Positions 58,067 to 64,000 of a stretch of DNA of 64,000 bases are shown here, piece by piece. Position numbers and translations under genes: made by a program. Positions within the stretch are counted from its first letter, which is position 1. The number at the start of each line of letters is the position of its first letter. Origin of the DNA: Bacteroidales bacterium (GTDB lineage Bacteria; Bacteroidota; Bacteroidia; Bacteroidales; UBA932); NCBI GenBank assembly GCA_031551125.1, contig JAVBOB010000001.1, positions 1 through 64,000 on the forward strand, read 5' to 3'. Under the pieces are notes generated by a model. It had not been told where the DNA came from. It ran no database searches and was given only the letters and a program-made list of their open reading frames with translations.

Positions 58067-59293
58067 TTACTCTTGTCCCACAATAAAACCGTTTGCAATG
58101 AACCCTCCATTATTACTTAGCTCCAGCGTGTAAGTTTCCTCGGTAATGTTCAGCTCGTCTATACTTATCAACTTAACGTTTATCAGCTTGCCTACATCAT
58201 AAACGGTAAACGTATCACCTGCCTCATACTTCACAACGGCTGATAGTCTGCCGTACTGTTTCGTTTTTTCCGGATTGTGTGATGCCCATCCTTTGTCGGT
58301 AAGGAAGGGATGGTCTGCAGTTGTGGTAATTTCTCGTCCGTTTTCCAGCTTCAGCCTCAGCAATCCACTATGCGTTACACAATGTACTTTTTCTACAGTA
58401 GCATAAGATAAGCTGCCATTATCGGGATTGTAGCTTACCACCTGCTGGCCAACCTTAATATCTTCAATGTTTGCGGTACTAATCTTATTACCTGTTTCGG
58501 TGAGTACCATGCTACCTTTTGCCAAACAGTGAACATCCATTCCGCCAAAATACAGCTCGGAAATCGCCGTATCATCATACTTATCGCCTTGGTAAACCTC
58601 CGTAATTACAAACTTTAGTATAGAGGCTTTACCATCTTTGCGACGCCCTATCGGACGTGGAAACTCAAAGGCTTGACAACCCATAAAATCCTCTAGCTGC
58701 AAAACCGCCAGCAACTCATCATTCTCGTACAAGTTAAATGTTTTTACACGCGAGTTGTTTTTCCATGCAGCTGGGTTCTTCTGGTAGCCGTTGTGAATGT
58801 AGCAAATGGTAGCACGTGCAGCACTGTTTCCAAACGTATATTTCAGGTACTCGCCTATACCGTAACCTGCCACACCTTCAACCCATGCCGTGCGCAAATC
58901 CCAATCACCGGACATGTCCGCACCATACTTGTTACTGCCATTTCGGGCTAACTCTGATGATACAGCCGTTTCGTAGCTTGCACCGCAGTACCAGCTACAA
59001 CCCATTGGCTCCATGTTCCACGGGGCTTGCATGCCTCCTTCATCACCGGCTATATCGGCATCATACGCCTTCTTCTGGTACTTACGGTATAGCTTCAGCT
59101 CATCCTTGGTAAATTTAAGCGTATCTTCCGGCTTATCGTAAGATCGGTATAGCAACGCCCATCCCCGTTCATCCTCAGCAGTCCACGCAACATACTTTTC
59201 AATCTGTATAGGCTTTAATACCGGAACATTGCCTTTCTGCGCCAACGCCTGTAGCGATAGCAACAGTACACCTGCAAGAAGTAGTTTTTTCAT
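58067..59293 (-). CDS. secreted protein with a C-terminal Hint (Hedgehog/intein-like, BIL-type) domain
   Basis: Signal peptide MKKLLLAGVLLLSLQALAQ. The C-terminal ~150 aa starts with C in VHCLAKGSMVLTETGNKISTANIEDIKVGQQVVSYN and continues ...ITTTADHPFLTDKGW (the TxxH block), ending with ...TYTLELSNNGGFIANGFIVGQE* (intein C-block-like ANG/F-I-V but with a Q-E terminus instead of HN). The track ORF N-terminus (to 59359) runs into the H-repeat, so I trimmed it to the signal-peptide ATG. Confidence 0.65.
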   Translation of the reverse strand: MKKLLLAGVLLLSLQALAQKGNVPVLKPIQIEKYVAWTAEDERGWALLYRSYDKPEDTLKFTKDELKLYRKYQKKAYDADIAGDEGGMQAPWNMEPMGCSWYCGASYETAVSSELARNGSNKYGADMSGDWDLRTAWVEGVAGYGIGEYLKYTFGNSAARATICYIHNGYQKNPAAWKNNSRVKTFNLYENDELLAVLQLEDFMGCQAFEFPRPIGRRKDGKASILKFVITEVYQGDKYDDTAISELYFGGMDVHCLAKGSMVLTETGNKISTANIEDIKVGQQVVSYNPDNGSLSYATVEKVHCVTHSGLLRLKLENGREITTTADHPFLTDKGWASHNPEKTKQYGRLSAVVKYEAGDTFTVYDVGKLINVKLISIDELNITEETYTLELSNNGGFIANGFIVGQE

Positions 59294-59325
59294 GGTATGA
59301 TGTTTATGTGATAAATCAAACGCAC

Positions 59326-59410
59326 CGTCATTGCGAGCGTAGCGAAGCAATCTACTCAATAAATGATGAGATTGCTTCGCGATTCAAAAAACGAATCGCT
59401 CGCAATGACG
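59326..59410. repeat. H-module copy (solo) between the Hint-protein gene start and the gltX stop
   Basis: GCACCGTCATTGCGAGCGTAGCGAAGCAATCTACTCAATAAATGATGAGATTGCTTCGCGATTCAAAAAACGAATCGCTCGCAATGACGGTGC (near-perfect extended inverted repeat). Confidence 0.85.
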
Positions 59411-59419
59411 GTGCGTTGC

Positions 59420-60955
59420 TTATACTTTCTCTGGCTTCAGCGATTCCACCGCCTTATCTATTCTTTCCAGCACCTCGTTTTTTCCTATCAGCGCAGCAAT
59501 CTCAAACATGCCGGGGCCTTTGCTTTCGCCCACCACACAAAGTCGGAAAGCATTCATCACCTGTCCCATATTTAAGTTGTTTGCCGTAATCCAATCGTGT
59601 ATCTTATGTTCTGCACGCTCCTTCTCAAAAGGTTGTACCGCTGCCAGCTGCTCGCGCAGCTTGCCCATCAGCTCAGGTGTTTCTTCCTTCCAGTATTTTT
59701 TTACCACCTTTTCATCGTAGGTTGTGGGTGCGGTAAAGAAGTAAGATGACAAATCCCAGAAATCGGCAACAAACGTGGCACGCTCCTTTATCAAACCGCA
59801 TACATCGGCTACGTAACGGCTGTCTTGCGCAACGCCTTTTTCTTTCAAAATAGGTTGGTATAGCTCGGCCAGCTCATCGTTAGCCCGTTGTTTCATGTAC
59901 TGCTGGTTAAACCACTTTGCCTTGTCGGGGTTAAAGCGTGCCCCCGATTTAATTACACGGTCTAGGCTGAATAGCTTTATCAGCTCGTCCATCGTGAACA
60001 ATTCCTGCTCCGTACCCGGGTTCCAACCCAACAAGGCCAACAGGTTTACAAATGCTTCCGGAAAGTACCCGTCCTCCTTATATCCGCGTGAAACATCGCC
60101 TTCAGGCGATACCCAGCGCATGGGGAATACGGGGAAACCCAAACGGTCGCCATCGCGCTTGCTTAGCTTACCCTTACCATCGGGCTTTAGTAGTAGCGAC
60201 AGGTGAGCAAACAACGGCATCTCGTTCTCCCACCCAAAAGCACGGTATAGCAACACGTGCAGAGGAAGCGAGGGCAGCCATTCTTCGCCCCGAATAACGT
60301 GGGTAATCTCCATCAAATGGTCGTCAACAATGTTAGCCAGGTGATAGGTAGGCAGCATATCTACTGATTTAAACAACACTTTATCATCCAGCGTATTGGT
60401 GTTTACCACTACGTTATCGCGAATAATATCGTTAATCGATACGATTTCGTTAGCCGGAATTTTAAAGCGTACTACCCAATTCCCTTTTTCCAAACGTTGC
60501 TTCACCTCATCATTGCTCATGTTGAGTGAAGTTGCCATTTGCTCACGAATGGTGTAGTTGTAGATAAACGTTTCGCCTTTCTTTTCACAATCAGTACGCA
60601 GCTTATCTAACTCCTCCGATGTATCGAAGGCATAGTAAGCATGTCCCGATGAAATAAGCTGCTCGGCATACTTTAGGTAAATGTCCTTGCGCTCGCTTTG
60701 GCGGTAAGGCGCATGAGGGCCTCCAACGCCAACCCCCTCATCGAAGGTAATGCCGCACCAACGCAGCGATTCTATGATGTACTCTTCTGCTCCGGGTACA
60801 AAGCGGGCAGAGTCGGTATCTTCAATACGCAAAATAAAATCGCCGCCAAGCTGTTTGGCGAACAGGTAGTTGAACAAGGCTGTGCGCACACCGCCCATGT
60901 GTAAAGGCCCCGTGGGGCTTGGCGCAAAACGAACGCGTACTTTTTTTGATGACAT
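59420..60955 (-). CDS. gltX: glutamate--tRNA ligase
   Basis: [26 protein letters not shown] (HIGH class I motif) and KLSKRDG (KMSKS). Confidence 0.95.
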   Translation of the reverse strand: MSSKKVRVRFAPSPTGPLHMGGVRTALFNYLFAKQLGGDFILRIEDTDSARFVPGAEEYIIESLRWCGITFDEGVGVGGPHAPYRQSERKDIYLKYAEQLISSGHAYYAFDTSEELDKLRTDCEKKGETFIYNYTIREQMATSLNMSNDEVKQRLEKGNWVVRFKIPANEIVSINDIIRDNVVVNTNTLDDKVLFKSVDMLPTYHLANIVDDHLMEITHVIRGEEWLPSLPLHVLLYRAFGWENEMPLFAHLSLLLKPDGKGKLSKRDGDRLGFPVFPMRWVSPEGDVSRGYKEDGYFPEAFVNLLALLGWNPGTEQELFTMDELIKLFSLDRVIKSGARFNPDKAKWFNQQYMKQRANDELAELYQPILKEKGVAQDSRYVADVCGLIKERATFVADFWDLSSYFFTAPTTYDEKVVKKYWKEETPELMGKLREQLAAVQPFEKERAEHKIHDWITANNLNMGQVMNAFRLCVVGESKGPGMFEIAALIGKNEVLERIDKAVESLKPEKV

Positions 60956-60993
60956 AAACCGTATGTATGAGTATAATTTGTTTTACTTCTTAA

Positions 60994-61146
60994 GGCTCCA
61001 TTAGGAGCCAAATCTTTGTAGTACATTGTTCTTTAATTTTTCACTCGCTCCGCTAGGAGCGACATCTTTTAACTTTAAGATGCTGCTCCTAACGGAGCAG
61101 AAACTAATACACAATTCTTCTACAAAGATGTTGCTCCTACGGAGCA
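60994..61146. repeat. S-module copy (solo) upstream of gltX
   Basis: GGCTCCATTAGGAGCCAAATCTTTGTAG ... CTCCGCTAGGAGCGACATCTTTTAACTTTAAGATGCTGCTCCTAACGGAGC ... CTACAAAGATGTTGCTCCTACGGAGCA. Confidence 0.85.
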
Positions 61147-61165
61147 ATACTACTTTCAATGATAA

Positions 61166-61612
61166 CTACTCTACCACTTCCCGTTTAAAGCGAACGCGTA
61201 AAACACCCTCGTTATAGTCAGCGGAGATAATTTTAAACGTCCCTATTTCTGAGGTGTTTTGTACATGCGTACCAATACAGGGGCAGGCATCGTAGCTGCC
61301 AATGCGTATAATACGGAGCGTTTCACCTGCCGATTCGGGAAGACGGGAAAGGTTAAACAGTTTCTCGGCTTCGCCACGTGGCATTTGCTCTTCTGTTACA
61401 TCTAAATTCTGAGCAATTATTTCGTTCACGGCAAGTTCTACTTGTTGCAATTCTGCCTCGCTCAGCGCACGGTCAAAGCGGTAATCGCACTTCGACTTCT
61501 TCTTTTCTACATGGCTGCTGAATGCGCGACCACAACCAAACATGAGGTTCATGGTTTGGTTAAGAATATGTTCGGCCGAGTGCATCGGGGCATTGTAGTC
61601 TTTCTCTCCCAT
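61166..61612 (-). CDS. AlaX-S-like tRNA editing domain protein (alanyl/threonyl-tRNA synthetase second additional domain)
   Basis: Zinc-binding motifs HSAEH ... CPCIGTH, characteristic of the AlaX/ThrRS editing domain; 148 aa. Confidence 0.7.
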   Translation of the reverse strand: MGEKDYNAPMHSAEHILNQTMNLMFGCGRAFSSHVEKKKSKCDYRFDRALSEAELQQVELAVNEIIAQNLDVTEEQMPRGEAEKLFNLSRLPESAGETLRIIRIGSYDACPCIGTHVQNTSEIGTFKIISADYNEGVLRVRFKREVVE

Positions 61613-61792
61613 CGCTTAAAATTTGGGGCAAATGTACGAGAAATGAGGGGGATGTGCAAAAGGATGAAGAATAAGCCCCACCCCGTCCCTCCCCAAAGGG
61701 AAGAGGGCTTGTACCATTAAGGGGCTATATTGTTGCGTGTATCGTCAAAGCCTGTTCTCCTCTCCTTTGGAGAGGGGCTAGGGGAGAGGCCT

Positions 61793-62758
61793 TTATCTTT
61801 TCAATGCCTCATAAAAGCTCTCGCCAACCACTACACGAATACATTGAGGAATAAGCTCGAAGGTAAAAGGGGAGTAGCCCATTGCTTCACCATCAATTTC
61901 AATGGGGCTTTCGGGAGTTGACTCAACTGTAACTTGCTTGCCTTGCCATGCGGTGATGTTGGCAATGCGGTATATTTTACCGTTATACAGCTTACGGAAG
62001 TTGTACAGTACGGAGGCTTTTGTCTTTTTCCGGATTATGGTAACGTCAAACAAACCATCGTCGAATACGGCGTTGGGCATTTGCATCATACCGCCGCCGT
62101 TGTATTTACCAATACCCACGGTTGCGCTAAATACGTCGTTATCCACTACCGTTTTTCCGTCAATAGTTACCTTAAAATGTTTGGAACGGTATTTCAGCAA
62201 TGCTTTCAGCGTACTTACAATGTATAGCCACTTTCCCTTGCGACCTTCTTCTTTCAGCTTATTAAACTTGCGGTTTACCATCGCGTCAAAGCCCAGCCCG
62301 GCTACGTTTGCCATATACCGCTTATGGGTAACCATTGTTTCCTGATAGCTCACCAAACCTACATCTTGCAGTACGGTGTTGGACAAAACAATAGCCTTAA
62401 CAGCTTCAGGATAAGTTTTCGGTATTCCGAACATTCTTATCCAGTCGTTGCCTGTTCCCACAGCCACAACAGCAAGCGTAATATCGGTGGTAGGAACCTT
62501 TTTTTGAATAAAAATACCGTTTACAATCTCGTTAATCGTACCGTCACCGCCAATGGCAACAATTTTTCGGTAGCCGTCGTTTATTGCTTTTACGGTTAGC
62601 TCTACGGCATGGTGCTTTTTCTCGGTAAACACGCAGCTAAAATCAATCCCGCTACGGTTTAGCTGGTTCGATATCAGCGGCCAGTCCGTCAACCCTTTTC
62701 CTACACCGGCTTTAGGGTTAACGATTACCATCCATGCGTTTTTTGTATTCGAGTCCAC
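61793..62758 (-). CDS. diacylglycerol-kinase-catalytic-domain lipid kinase (YegS/DagK family)
   Basis: VIVNPKAGVGKG ... IVAIGGDGTINEIVNG ... GLGFDAMV motifs. Confidence 0.8.
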   Translation of the reverse strand: MDSNTKNAWMVIVNPKAGVGKGLTDWPLISNQLNRSGIDFSCVFTEKKHHAVELTVKAINDGYRKIVAIGGDGTINEIVNGIFIQKKVPTTDITLAVVAVGTGNDWIRMFGIPKTYPEAVKAIVLSNTVLQDVGLVSYQETMVTHKRYMANVAGLGFDAMVNRKFNKLKEEGRKGKWLYIVSTLKALLKYRSKHFKVTIDGKTVVDNDVFSATVGIGKYNGGGMMQMPNAVFDDGLFDVTIIRKKTKASVLYNFRKLYNGKIYRIANITAWQGKQVTVESTPESPIEIDGEAMGYSPFTFELIPQCIRVVVGESFYEALKR

Positions 62759-62927
62759 CGTTCAGCAGCTATAATTAAAGTAACAACCGGCTATATGAGT
62801 TAAGAAGCATATCTTTGCATTGCAATTCAACCTGCATATTTCAAAAACAAATGTACGAAAAGCATTTGTATGATGGTGCAGCTTGCTGGTTATAAAGATA
62901 CAGAGAATGTAAAGAACAGCTTAAGTA

Positions 62928-63986
62928 ATGAATACAGAAACTATTTTATCAATTCTATCCACCGTTATCCATCCCGAATATGAGCAAAGTGTAGTACCGC
63001 TCGGTATGGTTGAGAACGTTAAGGTAGAAGGGCAGCATATCAGCTTTCGCCTGACGTTTAAGCGGGCGAACGATCCGTTTGCTTCGTCGGTAAAGAAAGC
63101 CTGCGAACAGGCCATTTTGCAGCGGTTTCCCAATGCTTCGGTAAGCGTTATGCAGCTGGTGAGAGAGGTAGAGCCGAAGAAAACGCAGAAAAAGATCGAA
63201 GCGGAAGCTTCTGGTCTTAAGAAAGTAAAACATATAGTGGCTATTGCTTCCGGAAAGGGGGGAGTGGGCAAATCAACGGTATCGGTGAATTTAGCAATTA
63301 CCCTTGCGCAGCAAGGCTATAAGGTAGGGCTGGTGGATGCTGATATTTACGGTCCCTCTATACCCAAGATGCTAAACCTCGAAGATGCTAAACCTATGAT
63401 GGTAGAAGTGGATGGGGAGGAGCTGATAGAGCCCGTTGTTAGCTACGGTGTAAAAGCGCTTTCTATAGGTTTCTTTGTTAAGCCGGAAGATCCGCTTATT
63501 TGGCGTGGCCCAATGTCTATAAGTGCGCTACGCCAGCTAACCAAACAAGGCGATTGGGGAGAGCTGGATATTATGCTGATAGACCTACCTCCGGGTACCG
63601 GAGATATCCACCTGTCTATGGTTAGTGAGTTGAAGCTAAGCGGAGCGGTAATTGTAAGTACCCCGCAAGATGTTGCCCTTGCCGATGCAATTAAGGGAAT
63701 CAACATGTTTGCACAGGAGAAAATCAACGTTCCGGTATTGGGGCTTGTAGAAAATATGGCGTGGTTTACGCCGGAAGAGCTGCCCAACAACCGCTACTAC
63801 TTATTTGGCAAGGAGGGTTGTAAGCGGCTTGCTGAGAAAATGAGCCTGCCGTTTTTAGGACAAGTACCCATTGTGCAAAGCATACGCGAAGGGGGAGATG
63901 AGGGAAAACCCGCAGTACTCAACAACGCTATTACCGCAGAGGCTTTTTCAGCTATTGCGCAGGGAGTGTTGGCACAGCTAAAATAA
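62928..63986 (+). CDS. Mrp/NBP35-family Fe-S cluster carrier ATPase (ApbC-like) with an N-terminal MIP18/DUF59 domain
   Basis: P-loop IASGKGGVGKSTVSVNLA; CxxC-containing ...; ParA/MinD fold. Confidence 0.85.
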   Translation: MNTETILSILSTVIHPEYEQSVVPLGMVENVKVEGQHISFRLTFKRANDPFASSVKKACEQAILQRFPNASVSVMQLVREVEPKKTQKKIEAEASGLKKVKHIVAIASGKGGVGKSTVSVNLAITLAQQGYKVGLVDADIYGPSIPKMLNLEDAKPMMVEVDGEELIEPVVSYGVKALSIGFFVKPEDPLIWRGPMSISALRQLTKQGDWGELDIMLIDLPPGTGDIHLSMVSELKLSGAVIVSTPQDVALADAIKGINMFAQEKINVPVLGLVENMAWFTPEELPNNRYYLFGKEGCKRLAEKMSLPFLGQVPIVQSIREGGDEGKPAVLNNAITAEAFSAIAQGVLAQLK

Positions 63987-64000
63987 TATCCTTGTACCAT

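Noticed and set aside
59308-59589. Track ORFs translated from repeat modules (for example 59308..59589 plus strand, 6516..6731, 16428..16631, 57077..57316)
   Set aside because: Their sequences are read-throughs of the H/S palindromes or antisense to real genes; low-complexity, no homolog-like motifs.

Overview
This 64-kb window looks like a Bacteroidetes-type chromosome; the lineage call is an inference from 5S rRNA sequence similarity, TAnnTTTG-like promoter motifs and gene content. It opens with the 3' end of an rRNA operon (5S rRNA plus terminator). The first ~14 kb is a minus-strand accessory island of hypothetical genes. Five of them are paralogs sharing one uncharacterised ~170-aa beta-solenoid-like domain, fused to ankyrin repeats in one case and to WGR + SUKH (SMI1/KNR4-like) + LRR + TPR modules in a 1056-aa protein. 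The island genes are separated by copies of a composite nested-palindromic repeat; further solo copies occur elsewhere in the window. I read this as an immunity-protein-like or eukaryote-like island, but that is inference. The middle of the window is housekeeping: a TPR-TM-LuxR regulator, an EamA transporter, an S9 peptidase, NfeD-flotillin, a CorC/GldE-like protein, coaX and mfd. Next comes a low-GC bacteriocin-type locus with an HlyD adaptor, a C39-peptidase ABC exporter, a small HTH protein, two double-glycine leader peptides and a decaying array of CPBP (Abi/CAAX) immunity-like membrane genes. The rest is core genes (rpsO-pnp, metH, two tRNA-Pro, GNAT, SSS transporter, beta-lactamase-family hydrolase, tsf-rpsB-rpsI-rplM, two M16 peptidases, a Spy/CpxP-like protein, gltX, an AlaX-like editing protein, a DagK-like kinase, Mrp/ApbC). 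Embedded among them is one secreted protein with a C-terminal Hint (intein/Hedgehog-like) domain and a perfect 50-bp palindrome. No transposase, integrase or CRISPR array was recognised.
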